Shown here one piece after another: positions 10,050 through 23,000 of a stretch of 64,000 nt of DNA (positions are counted from its first letter, which is position 1; the number at the start of each line of letters is the position of its first letter). This DNA comes from Sphyrna mokarran (Eukaryota): the NCBI GenBank assembly GCA_024679065.1, contig JAGIQG010000003.1, forward strand, positions 28,334,001 to 28,398,000, written 5' to 3'. The position numbers and the translations under genes were made by a program. Under the pieces are notes generated by a model. That model ran no database searches and was not told where the DNA came from. It was given only the letters and a program-made list of their open reading frames with translations.

Positions 10050-12457
10050 CTGAATCACATCATCATGACAAAGGTTATTCCTACAGTGTAGAAACACTGG
10101 CGAATGGTCAAGCCTTGAAAATGGAGGTGGACATGAGGGTCTCAGTTTCTGTTATTGGGGAACAGACCCTACAAACACCTCCAAAATGGCACCCAACTCC
10201 TGAGCTTAGAAGACATGAAGACCAGACTAATAGCCTGCATGGGGGAAACCTTTACAAATTAAAGACCCAGTGACATACAGGCTCGTCTCTCACTCATTAT
10301 TGTATGGAGGCAAGAACCAAGTCTTATGGGAGAGATTGGCTCCAGCAAATCAGGTTGGGAGATCTTCAGGCTAGGGGTAGGGTAAGTGTATAAAGTAATC
10401 AGTAGATATTCTGGAGTTTTCCAAGAAGTACTAAGAAAAATAAAAGGGGCCAAAGCGAAGATCTATATCAATCCATATCATTGCTGGAAAGACAGGATGG
10501 AGAGGCCTATTACTTATGCATCCAGGATCCCGTCAGATGCCAAGTGGAGGAATTCTCAGATAGCAAAAGTAGGACTGGCAGTCGTACTTGTTGTGAAAAA
10601 ATTCCATCAATAAAGAAGGCTAAGAAAGATGAACTTGATGTTGAGGACGGGGTTATTCTGTGCAGTCCCAAGTTGTTCCTCATTCAGGGTGGTGTCTGAT
10701 ATTAATAGAACTATATAAGGTCACCCAGAATTTTCAAAAACGAAAATGCTGGCTAGGATCTATAACTGGAGATCCAGCCTTGACTCAGACATCACAGACT
10801 TGATGAAATGGTGAGTCTAATGCCAAGAAATTAAAACTCCCTCCCCCAACCTTACTGGGAATGACTTGGCAGGCCATGGATACGTGTACACTTGAGTCCT
10901 TTCTGCAGTCTATGTTTTAATCATGATAGATTCACACTGCAACTACTTAGAGGTGCACCATATGGGCTCCACAACTTCTCACACTACAATTGAGAAGTTA
11001 CAACAGTGTTTGTGCAAGCACAGAATACCAGATGTCCTGGTTTCTGATAACGGCGCAACCTTTACTAATAATGACTTCCAGAACTTTGTGCTCACTGATG
11101 GTATCCGAACATTATCCAACCATTTGGGACAGCATGGTAGCATACTGGTTAGCACTGCTGGCTCACATTGCCAGAGACTCAGGTTTGAGTCCTGGCTTGG
11201 GTGACTGTCTGTGCAGAGTTTGCACATTCTTCCCGTGTCTGTGTGGGTGCTCCGGTTTCCACCCACAGTCCAAAAGATGTACTGGTTAGATGTATTGGCC
11301 ATTCTAAATTATCCCTCGATGTACCTGAACAGACGCCAGAGTGCAGCGATGAGGGGATTTTGACAGTAACTTCATTGCAGTGTTAATGTAAACATACTTG
11401 TGACACTAATAAAATAAACTTAAAAACAACACATCTGGACTGCACCTTATCATCTATCATCAAATGGACTGGTGAAACAGTTAGTCCAAACTTTCAAAAA
11501 CACCATGAAGAAAGAAGCAGTGACATCCACAGAAAGCAAATCGGCATGATTATTGTTTGACTAAAGAACCATGCTTATTTCAACAACAGAAATTCTTTGA
11601 CAGAACTGCTCATGGGATGGAGGCTTTGCACAAGACTAAGTCTACTATTACCAAACCTAGTGGAGAGTGTGAAGATCTAATGAAAAAAGCCAGAAACAAA
11701 ATCATGATTCTGTAAGGCCAGAAAGAATATTTAAAACAGGTCACCTGGTTCATGGAAAGAAATTCGGAAATGGTCCCTGTTGGGTCCCTGGAACCATTAA
11801 GGAGAAAATGGGACTAGTATCTTATAAAGCTAAAGACCAGGGCAAAATCAGAAAGGGGCATCACAGGGGCAGATAGTCCATTCCCAATCAGGATTTACCA
11901 CCAGCCATGAAAGTGGCTGCCTTCCGTGTCTGCCCACAGCTTGAAACTGGGCCCACATTAGTCCCTCCGGATAACAAGAACACAGACTTAGAGATGAAGC
12001 TGAAGAGGAACCCAAGAAGGAACTCAAATCAATCACACTCTCTCACTTACTCTGGAAACGATGGCTTCCCATTCAGTTCACATCGCCAGAAACAATCCTG
12101 CCTTTGATGGACCTCAGACCAGATGCCAAGCAGCAGAAAGGAATTTCTCACAGCAGGGGTACTGGGGGAGAAATCGAACTAAGCGGGGAGGAATTTTATG
12201 ATGCCCATGATGGACACCAGGTATTGTCAATTGATCTCCTTGTGAGTTTTGTGAAGTAGGAACTCCCTTGTTGAGCAAGCAGAGGCTCGTCCAATAGGAA
12301 GTGAGCAGCCGGGGGCCAAAACCTGTTGCTTCAACCTAGATTGGTATTCTACAGGTCCCACATATTGACTTTCACGCTGTAAACCATGGGTGCAGCTCTT
12401 GTGTGCTCATTAAAGGATTTTTGCTGATTGAAGACTGGTCATGGTGGAATTATTACA
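10050..12457 (+). mobile_element. Decayed Gypsy/Ty3 LTR retrotransposon (protease, RNase H, integrase remnants, PPT, probable 3' LTR)
   Basis: Protease-like NGQALKMEVD...SVSVI near 10100-10160; RNase H RPITYASR...SQIAKVGLAVVLVVKKFHQ (ORF 10386-10613); integrase IDSH...TTIEKLQ...IPDVLVSDNGATFT (ORF 10923) resuming HIWTAPYH..SNG after a SINE; polypurine AAGCGGGGAGGAA 12181-12193; LTR-like segment ending ...TTACA at 12457. Left boundary uncertain. Confidence 0.85.
11126..11425 (+). mobile_element. V-SINE (HE1-like), nested in the Gypsy integrase
   Basis: tRNA head GGGACAGCATGGTAGCATACTGGTTAGCACTGCTG; V domain GTGCAGAGTTTGCACATTCTTCCCGTGTCTGTGTGGGTGCTCCGGTTTCC; tail ...GTGACACTAATAAAATAAAC. Confidence 0.9.
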
Positions 12458-13139
12458 GATCCTAATGCATATTGTTGGCTGAAGAACATGAGCACAAAAT
12501 TCATCAGCCAGACAAAGGGATCTAGATGTCCCAATGAGCCCACACTGTTGCTTCTAATGCAGGCAGCAGGCTAACTTCTGTGCTGTTGCTAGTTTGTATT
12601 ATTGCTGTGTGCAGTCTGTGTCAAATGCTGTTGAATCACTACGTGTCTCAGCAGGGAGACCAGATTTGTGTGACTTGAGCACCAATTCAAACTGGCCTGC
12701 ATTACTTAAAGTCAGCCTGCACATCCTAAAGAGGAGATGCATTCTAGCTGGATGCACCAACACAAAAAGTTCAACAACCTTAACGTAGTGCTCAAGATCA
12801 GTGGATATATCTATAAAAACTAAATCCTACTAATTGCACCATTAGCAATGCTGAATGCATCACATCTTCATTATTCAGCAGTGGACATTCTCTATCAATC
12901 ACAAATCACATTGGTCATTCATAACTGACACCAAGGAACTGTCACCTGGCCAGGTAGTGATAGAAGAACTAAATGATAATGATAATAAAAAAAATCTGTC
13001 ACTCAAATTCAGTCACCATTTCAGCTCCTAACACCGTATATAATTCAAAAGGTAGTTTAATGAGTGAGGTACATATGTGTGAGACACTGACCATAAATAG
13101 CCAATGACCAGAGAAAGGTGGAAGGATGCCTCTCTGTCA

Positions 13140-13262
13140 ATCATCTAGATTCAAAACGTTGGCCCTATTTTCTCTCCACAGATGCTGTCAGACTTGCTGA
13201 GATGTTCCATCATTTTCTGTTTCTGTTTCAAATTCCAGGATCCGCAGTATTTTGCTCTTATC
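13140..13262 (+). mobile_element. Short interspersed repeat, probably from an older Penelope-type family
   Basis: AAACGTTGGCCCTATTTTCTCTCCACAGATGCTGTCAGACTTGCTGAG...CCGCAGTATTTTGCT; homologous to 16065-16385 and 49530-49680. Confidence 0.55.
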
Positions 13263-14897
13263 TTGATAGCTGAAATTTCAACTTCCATTGCAGCACAAGT
13301 TGAAGGCACCCAATGTCTAACTCCTGTATTGGAGCTCAGACTGAAGTTATTCAATTAAGCTTGCTACTAAATACTCCCTGAGGACGACAGCAAATATCCT
13401 CCCACCTGACTTTTACAACTGCTACCAGAGTACTGCACATTGAGCAACATAATTCTGTATATAGGGTCACATACCAGAGTGACATTGAGAAAATAGAATC
13501 TCTTTTTAGTTGAGGATCATCTCAGAGTTGATGTGTCTGCAAAGCAGTGTGTGTATGCAGTCAATGGCATTCTGCATGATGGAAAAACCTGCAAAATCAC
13601 ATGTACTCATTCCACCTGCTGCAAGAGAGAATGAAATGTATTCAGTTCTCTTGCAATACAGAGCTTCAATGACCTCCTTTATATAGTAGTGAACAGAAAA
13701 CTAGGAGATATTGCATAAAAGTTCATAGTTGCGCCCATTTTCCCAGACACTGATAAGATTTCCCCATTGAATGGTTCTATTATGGATGTGTTGGACGAAC
13801 ACAGGCTCCAAAATAAAAATGGTACTGCCCATAATGCACTGCAGCAATGAAAAGGCACGGCAGTTGCCACAAGTGAACCTCAACAGCAGAGGAATTATTT
13901 GACTAGTGCTTTGTCTAAAGTTTAAATAGAACATTGAATGAGAGCAACAATGACTGCAGTGTGAAATTTTGCAGTGCACTTACGTATGTTCCTATTTGAG
14001 AATGTAAAGCTTATTGATGAAATTTGAATTTTGCATAGTTTTTGTGTAAAACACCAGATGACTATCTATACTATGGTACTAATAATATCATTCTCACCTT
14101 GCTCTGAGATTGCAGATGTGACTGCAGTAAGTGACAAATTTCAGTGAAGGTATCTTTACTGAAACACGGACATTTCATATATTATTCCTCATAGGAATTC
14201 CTCAGCTGGGAGAATTATCTTGAGGTGAATATAACCTCCTATCAAAAACCCTTCTGCCTTCTTACGTCTTTTGGTCTTATGGATGAAGTCTGTGGTTGTG
14301 GGGAATGTGACAGCGGGTTTGGGGTGAGAGGTTGGAGAAGTGGCTTTGTGTTGTTGAAGATTTGATGGTGTACTTTGAGAGCGATGTCATGTAGAGTGTT
14401 GGCAGATGAGATATGTTGTATTGCTGGTATTGGCTAATCATGTGTTAGAGTTGAAAGAGAGAGACATAGAGAGAGAGAAAAAGAGGGGTTAGAAACCATA
14501 CCTTGGAACAATATAAGTACTTTGTAATCTATTTAAAAATAGTACCAATAAACAAGTGTTTAGCAGACACCAGAATATGTCTATAGTCTGTCTATTAAAC
14601 AAATAATATATCTAGAGTCCACAGATAGGAGAAACATCTCAGAATTATGGCTCTGCCATAAGAAACCCTGAGATAATGGAAAGAACCAGAGGATAACGAC
14701 ACTATAGCTAGTACAAAAGAATAATGACCAAGGTGAGAACTCGCTTAGAAATACAAGGTGGGATTCTATGGCACCCCAATGAGTATAATGGGAGATGGGG
14801 CACATGGGTAATCAGGTGGGATAGTGAGTTGGTCATGAAAAGAGAAAAAAAAGTGAATAAATAGACAATAAGTGAAAGTTTGAAATTTGTAAATTTT

Positions 14898-15380
14898 ATT
14901 GATTTGATTTTGATTTGATTTGATTTATTATTGTCACGTATTTATATAGAGTGAAAAGTATTGTTTCTTGTGTGCTATACAGACAAAATATACTGTTCAT
15001 AGAGAAGAAAACAAGAGAGTGCAGAATGTAGTGTTATAATCATAGCTAGACTGTAGAGAAAGATCAACTTAATGCAAGATAAGTCCATTCAAAAGTCTGA
15101 CAGCAGCAGGGAAGAAGCTGTTCTTGAGTCGGTTGGTTCATGACCTCAAACTTCTGGCTCTTTTTCTTGAAGGAAAAAGCTGGAAGAGAGAATGTCTCGG
15201 GTACATCAAGTCCTTAATTATGCTGGCTGCTTTGCCAAGACAGTGGGTAGTGTAGACCGAATCAATGGATGGGAAGCTGGTTTGCGTAACACATTGGGCT
15301 ACATTCACGACCTTTTGTAATTCCTTGCAGTCTTGGGCAGATCGGGAGCCATACCAAGCTGTGATACGATTAGAAAGAAT
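14898..15380 (-). mobile_element. Rex1/Babar LINE 3' end
   Basis: The - strand translates to ITAWYGS...ELQKVVNVAQ...KAASIIKD...NRLKNSFFPAAVRLLN, typical of the Rex/Babar C-terminus; (ATCAA)n tail at about 14898-14925. Confidence 0.8.
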
Positions 15381-16064
15381 TGTTGTTTAACTTAACATTA
15401 ACCAATAGTATACTTAATGTTGTCTTAATTCATCATGTGTCTTACTGTGGATGAGCACAGTGTGTACTAGTGAACAACAATTATCTACAATATTTATATA
15501 AAGTAAAGAGCTATAATTCTGTATTGGGGATAAGAGATATGCATTCTATATTATGTGACCAGCAACAACAGTCACTTGTAGTTAATACTATTGTCACATA
15601 ATGCTAAAACAACACTACCAAGTGCACGATGTTACGCTAAATCTGCGGGCTGTTTTAAGGATAATGCTTACAATTCTAATAACTGTGGCCACAGGAAAAA
15701 GAAGCTTGAGTAAGCTGAAACTGATAAAGACATAATTAAGGCCTTCCACGACAGAAGATAAACTAAATTCTCTAGCAATTTTGGATGGACCTTTCAGCCA
15801 TTCATGGCAGTGGGATCTTCTAGCCCCATCGACAGTGCACATGCACTCTGGATTCCCCAGCAGCAAGGGGTGCATTCAACGGGAAACCCCCTTGAAAATG
15901 ATGGCACCAGAAGATCCCACTGCCAATGGTAGACTGTCTCTGTGGTTACGAGGAAAATGTTACCTTCGCGGAAATTTAAATATGGAAAGTACTATAAAAA
16001 ATTTGCAGATCTAACGTCGAGACAAAATGTAGTTAGGATAATGTAAGGATTTCTATGTCTGTTA

Positions 16065-16385
16065 GAAAAACTCAGCAGGTCTGACAACACCTATAAAGAG
16101 AGAAACAGAATTAATGTTCAGAGACGTAGGTGCAATGTTTGTCTGGATTCAAAATATTAACTCTCCCCATAGATGTTGTCAGACATGGTGGGTGGGATTT
16201 TACAGCCTCACTCATCCTGAAACTGTAAAATCCCACCCGAAGTCAATAGACCTTTCCATGGTCTGCCCCTCACTCACTCTGATTCCCTGGTGGGCGCAAT
16301 GGGAAAATTCTCGCTGCTGAGCTTTTCTAGCCTCTTTCTGTTTTAATTTTAGATTTCCAACATCAGCGGTATTTTACTTTTATTT
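16065..16385. mobile_element. Inverted pair of the older repeat family with a nested MITE-like insert (about 16187-16313)
   Basis: 16065-16120 is the reverse-complement counterpart of 16155-16185 plus 16314-16335; the insert contains the inverted repeat GGGTGGGATTTTACAG...CTGTAAAATCCCACCC. Confidence 0.55.
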
Positions 16386-16899
16386 GCATGTCTGTGATTG
16401 TGTTTAACTTAGCTTTGTCTTTCCTTTTTTTTTAACTTATTCGTACAGGGCAATAACTTAAATTTTCTTTTTGCACCCGTGAAGTTTACTATTGTGAAAC
16501 AATTCTTAAAATTGTAAAGGTCTTAAAGTTTCAATTTGAATAATGTACCTTTTGAATATCTGTTGCATTTGATTTTTTTAAAATCTATCTGTAATAAATT
16601 CTTTGTTGCTGTACTTATAGTTTACTTGTCATTGTGAAGTAAATGTGAAAATGGTCAAATGTCTTCAGGCTGCTGAAAGTTAATTTGCCCGGATTGCTAA
16701 CAAACCTCAAGCTGGTTCTCATCACTGCTGCTGCCTGGTTGCAGTCCCAGTAGTGGCCACTGAGCCCAATGTTAGCACTACTGGGACTGAAGAACTGACA
16801 GCCCCTTATTCAATGGAAGGATGAAAATTAAAACAGTTAATTGCTGAATGTAAAATCTAGTCAGAACCTCCTTAATCCACTAAGGCAGGTAAAACCAAT

Positions 16900-17200
16900 G
16901 GGCAGCACGGTGGCATAGTGATTAGCACAGCTGCCTCACAGCGCAAAGAATCCAGTTTCGATTCCCAGCCTGGGTAACTGCCTGTGTGGAGTTTGTATAT
17001 TCTTCCTGTGTTGATTTCCTCTGGATGCTCTGATTTCCTCCCACACTCCAGAGATGTGCAGGTTAGGTTGATTGGCCACGATAAATTAACCCTAATATGT
17101 CACATGGTTAGTAGGGTGAATAAGTAAGGTTGGGAGATTGTGGTCAGTGCAGACTCAATGGGTCAAATGGTCTCCTTCTGCATTGTAGGGGTTCTATTCT
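16900..17200 (+). mobile_element. V-SINE (HE1-like) with CR1-type tail
   Basis: GGGCAGCACGGTGGCATAGTGATTAGCACAGCTGCCTCACAGCGC head, V domain, tail TGGTCTCCTTCTGCATTGTAGGGGTTCTATTCT. Confidence 0.9.
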
Positions 17201-18759
17201 CTAATATCAGACCAAAGTGTTCAAGGACAGAGTACTAGAGAAAGCCTGATGGAGAGATACAAGTTCTTCACTGTAATGGGCACATCAAAAAGCACACTTG
17301 TGATCATTGGTTAATCCAGAGTTTTCAGAATGATCAATAATGTAGGAGATAGCAGCACCTGCTATAACTTTAGATAGCTACTTCTAATGTAAGCCTAATG
17401 TGACAGTAATTTTGAACAGTAAGAGTTATCACCTTTCTGCGAGGTGGGAACAAATTTTCAAGAAAAGGAAAAGCTAATTGAGAAACCGGCAAATATGGCA
17501 ACATTTGAAAACACCTATCTTGCATTCATGGGAATTATATTGTCTGAACTATCACTCTTGCTAAGATCCAGAGAATTGACAAGCTGGCAGACTAGCCAGA
17601 GGTAAAATTTAATGTTGTTCTAAACAGAATAGAGGATTGCAGGAAAGTTTTTTTTTCACAGAGGTATAACAATTTAATTTGAAAGATAAAAATGAGCCAA
17701 AAAAGACAGCTTTATCTGTAACAAAGCTAGCAACGGCACCTTCAGCACAGAAGAGGATAGGAAGGAGGATTCGCAGAAGTTACAAAAATTAGCTTTGGCA
17801 AGCGACCAGATGGAGCAGCTGCTGAGAGACAGAAAGATAATAGTTGATGCTTCTTTTGCATTTAAGAGCTTTAATCAAGGATTTACAGAAGTTACAAGTA
17901 AACATAAAATTGGCTCCGAATGCATTGGATTGATCAAGATGTGAAGTACAATATGCATTTTTATGAGAGATAGCAGAGCAGCGAACATGAGTGGAGCAAG
18001 ATTCAGTCCCAGATTAGATAGAAAAGGAAGAGTGGCCTACGAAACCTCTTCTGCTAGCTGAAAACACGTAACTGACTTCACTACCACAAATAGTAGGATC
18101 AAGAATGTAAAGGGAGAAGTCTGACCAAGCTGGATCAGCAAAAAATTCTTAACCAACATCCTAACCACTGACCAATCAAAAGAGAACTCAGCAGAAAACA
18201 GGCTTTTGTCAAGACATCAGTGATAGGGGGACAAGCATAATGTAGGAATTGTATTGGAAGAGAGGAAAGTATTTAGAAGGTTATCTGAGTTAATGTAGTG
18301 ATCAGAAATATGGAATAGGCTGATTGATGAATTGCTCAGGATCATCGGGACAATAGAAGCCTGTCATTAGCATGAAAATGTAGCAATTGCTGATGAAGAA
18401 GCAGATTTGAAGTTGAAAAGCAATTTAGCGAAGCCCAAAAAATAATATATGTAGTAGATGTACTAAATATGATAAAGGATAGAGAAATACTGCACAAGAA
18501 AATATGAAATGAAGAAAAAGTGTTTGACCTTTTCCTTCTACAGACCAAGTTGTAACTTGTGTCTACTTATTGTCCTGAGCAAAGCTTTTGCAAATTTCTG
18601 CCTTCTCCAGTTCCAAGAATACGTAACCCAGCTTACGTCCCAGTGTATTCATTCCTGACAAATTAGCTTCCTTGGCATGGCATTTTCAAAGTGTCAGCAA
18701 TTCAAAAAACGCCATGTTCTACTGTTCTACACAGCAGTTAATCTAAATGTCAATAATTA

Positions 18760-19268
18760 CATTATAACTCGTAAAAGCAATGCCTTTCAGAACAACAGAA
18801 TGCATTATTAAGAATATAATGCCCAGATTTACCATTCCTGAATATTGTGACAGTTCCGGCCACCACCTTTTAGGAAGGACATATTGGCCTTCGCAGGAGT
18901 AAGACTTGGGTTTACCAGAATGAAACCTAGACTCCAAGGGTTAAGACATAAGGAGAGATTACACAACTAAAATAGTAGTGTGGAATTTAGAACATTAGGT
19001 GTGATGCATCAAAGTTTTCAAGGTATTAAAGGGAAGAGATAGAATAGAGAGAAACTATTTCCTTAGAAACTAAGAGATAGAATAGAGAGAAAATAGGTCT
19101 AAGAGGCATTGTCAAAAAATTAACCTTGCAGGAGTAAAATTTGGAAATGTTTTCACACACACAAAATAAGTTAGGAACTCTCTTCAGCATATGACAATTG
19201 ATGCTAGATCAATTGTAAATTTTAAATCTGAGATTGGTAGATTCTTATTTTCCAAAATTATTAAGGGT
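18760..19268 (+). mobile_element. Old CR1 LINE 3' fragment
   Basis: CTGAATATTGTGACAGTTCCGGCCACCACCTTTTAGGAAGGACATATTGGCCTT resembles CR1 ORF2 LEYCxQFWxPxxRKDI; CR1-like downstream sequence. Confidence 0.6.
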
Positions 19269-19845
19269 TGAAACCTGGGAATCACTTCAAATAGCATTAA
19301 TGTTGGCAGTCTGACAGAATTCCTAGAAGTTTCATCAGAGAACCTCTAGTCTCTAATTGTTTCACTGAGTCACTTTTTTTCTTGCCACCTTCAATATTTT
19401 TTATAATTAATGAACAAACCTGTTCAAAGAAAATGCAAAGAAAAACTTTTTGTGCTCCCTTTCCCCTGGGTTGCTCACAGAAGTATTCAAGAAATTAATC
19501 TTTAACTCCAGGAAACTTCATTGAGAGATTGACAACTCTAACCCAGGCTGATGAGCATTGTTTTCCTCTTTTGAATCTAAAGATGATAAATCAAAGAAGT
19601 TTGGACAATCTTACTTTAGTTACTAGTGGACCTCATGATGCCATATTACAAACTGTTCAATATCAAACTCACTGAATTCAATCTTTAGAAATTGCTTTTG
19701 TGTGAAGGGGTAAATGATTAAAGTAGGTTTTACCTGCATCTGCCTGTGCTGTTATAAATCTGAGAGTTTGTGATATCTTCCTTTCAAAAAGCTAAAATTA
19801 TAGTATGAAATTTAACAAAAACTTAATAATGACTATAGAGAAAAT

Positions 19846-20037
19846 GATGTAAAGATGCCGGCGTTGGATTGGAGTGGTAAGAACTCAGTAAGAATTTAGC
19901 AACACCAATTATTAATCCAACCGATTTATTTGATAGTAAAATGGCGAGCTTTCAAAGACACGGGAGTGTTGAAAGCTCGCCATTTTACTATCAAATAAAT
20001 CGGTTGGATTAATAATTGGTGTTGCTAAATTCTTACT
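19846..20037 (-). mobile_element. Penelope-like terminal fragment, fold-back copy of the same family as 1256-1580
   Basis: Same end sequence; perfect 69-bp inverted repeat (19887-19955 / 19969-20037) with a 13-nt loop; 16-bp duplication ACTATAGAGAAAATGA at 19832-19847 and 20035-20050. Confidence 0.75.
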
Positions 20038-23000
20038 ATAGAGAAAATGACAGTGAAAAGAGAAATACTTGACAGTCAGTGAAATCCATTTTGTGAGTTA
20101 CTGCAATATTTCACTTTGACTTGTATTACCTGTACTTTCTTATTATTATCTCCCTTGTAATGGTCAGCTAGTCCTCATGAGAAGAACATATCATGGTTTG
20201 TCCTTCAATATAATTGAATGCAAGATATTTTAGTTGTGTCATTCCTCCCAAATCCATTGATGCATAAATACAATTCTAGTGTACTTGTGCCCATATCCAT
20301 ACTTAATCTGATTGTAGAACTTGAGCATAAAGGCAATAAGTTTAAATCTTGATCTTTCATCCATCATTTTCTGTTTAGTAATTCCTCTACCCATGTGCAA
20401 CTCCACACTAATAATGGTTCCACTTTACCCTGTATGAATGTTTTATGTTCAGATCTCTCTTGAAATTATGACCAGATGTTAAGGTGCAGCAATTTTTAGA
20501 GTATTTTATTTTTTAAAATATCCCCACGGAGATCCAAATGGTAATTTATGTTAATTTAAATAGATTTTATGGTATATCATATTAAAAATGGAAAAGCCAC
20601 CTGATTGTGGGGTTTCTTAAAGATATTGTGCCTAACATAAACAAAATATATTCCCACCTTTGCTTGGGCACTATTTTATTACACTGAATTATGCCCAGTT
20701 TATTCTGATGAGATTTGCTGGGAGTCTGAAATGATTTTGTCAGAACGGATGCACTTTTAGGTCTAACATTCAGGTTGTACCCAAGGAAGAAATTTCAGAC
20801 CAAGATTTCTAATTTTAAACATTGATTTTACATGAGAAATGCTTGTCTAAGAGAGGCCAGAAAGGAAGATTTCAAACCATTAACTAAATTGTGAATGTTA
20901 ATAATTATTATACAACTAAAACCAATTGTGGCTTTCCTTTTCATACACTGCAGTCGGGGCCTCAGCCATTGCATTCCACGTGAATCAAAAACCATCTATG
21001 ATGGTGGTCTGGAAACAGCAGTGTAGAGAAACAGTTTGGCAAACCTTGACCTTTGCATTGAAAACAGGTTTCACATGTCACGCTGTCGCAGTGCAACCGT
21101 GTTTGGAGGGCATTCTAATTACTTACACCATCTGTACCTGCAGAATTCTCAGCCTAAAGCACTTATTACACAATTAAGAACTGTCAAGAATCCGAATTGT
21201 TACATTGTAGCAAAATCATTTTACTTGCAGCAGCCACGGGATTTTTTTCTTCCTCCAGTATACTTTACATTGTTCGTTTAAAAATCATCCTAAGTACACT
21301 CACTATTTTACTTTTGATTATGTAATCATTAAATGAGACATAAAATCTAATTGTTTGTCTTTCGTTATTAATGAATTCAGTGAGGTAATTAGTCTTTTGT
21401 CCCACCCCATGTCAAATCGAGTTAGCTTCTCTTTCACCCCTCTTGTGTGATTAAGTATAGAAATCTATCACATTATCCATCCCTAATTTAATTTAAATAG
21501 TGCTATACAATCTTCTGAGTTATGGACAATCGTTTAGCAGCAGCAATTATAAAGAAAAGACTAAGATAAATTGTCAAGGATTATTTAGCATACTCCAGTG
21601 AAAGATAGCTGTTGAGATTATCTAATGTGATTAAATTGATCATTGATTTAACTTGTTTGATAGTTAATGTGATTAAAGTGTTCACTGGTTAATCTCTAAA
21701 GTAGATCAATGTGAGCAACCCTGAAATCGGCTTCTTCAAAAACTCATATAAGGGAAATGTATTGTATAGGGTCATACAAATTAGCTGACTATTTTCCTTT
21801 CTTCTTAATACTAGCAGTCACCTGTAGAAGGGATTATCTGTCCTAAGAGTGCTTATTACTTGGAAATGGCTCACATCATTCTTCATTATGTTTGAACATT
21901 TCAATGTTGCTCTGCCTCCTGATTGATAGTACAATAAATATTACAGAAACAAAATAACAGGTGCTGATCTTTAGGAAGCAGTGTGTTTGGGGAGCATGCG
22001 TAATACTCCAATTAGCTACATTAAAATATTTATTAGCTTAAAGGTAACAATATACTTTAGACAAGGGTTTCAAGGTGGAGCAGAGGTGGGGGGTGGGTAT
22101 GGGAGCATCACAGCCCAGCTATTATAATAAGTTTGAACAACAAGAAAACAATCACTTAAAATCTTGAGTACAATGTTTCAAATTCTTCCTTCACTATAAA
22201 AATCAATGAAATGCATATTTGTGCAATCCCATCATCTGTTAATTTGTGTTAATGCCATTTAGACTGATAAAATAATACAATAATTGAGCAAGTGAATGTC
22301 CATACGTGAACTTTCACAAACTCATTTAGCTTAGCTTTTTGATCTAATCTGATTTCATTCCTGTAAAACAACCCATCATTTTTTTGTTAAGCAAATAGAT
22401 CTTCTTTCAGAGATCACATCTGGTCATTATGATATACTGTAGTTGCAATAGAAGGCGTTTTGAGCTTAGGTATATTCTGCAAGAAAATTATAAGCTGAGA
22501 TGAGTAAAACATATACTGAAAAGAGTATGTCACCTTTTAAAGTTTGAATGTCATAGTAGTTGGATGACCTCCAGTGAAATAGAATAACTCAAAGCTGTGT
22601 GAGTTTAAGATCTCAAAGGAAAGGTTGTTAAAATCTCCTGGGAGAATGTCACTAATACCTACACTTCATTGTGAAAACTTAATTGGTATGAATTAAGTTA
22701 GGCAGAGTATTTAAAATCAACCATTTGAAGGGCTGGACTGAAAGATTGATATCAGCCTGAAAGATATTTTGTCCCATGATCAAATTAAGAATCCAAATCA
22801 TAGCTGCCGATCTATTGAATTGGGCTGGTCTCAAGGCTATTTATTTACAACCGTGAATTTATAATAAATAAAGTCTGTAAGAAAATTGTAATAAACTAGT
22901 TTTGCTGCTTGGGAAAATTAAGCAATTTTGTAAACTATTTTCGTATTATTTAAAAGCCTCGTAACCTTTATTAATGATTTTAAAATCCTTCTCATTTTCC

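Noticed and set aside
11126-11200. tRNA-like sequences at SINE heads (also 16900, 60099, 60408, 5466)
   Set aside because: SINE heads continuing into V or Deu domains, not tRNA genes.
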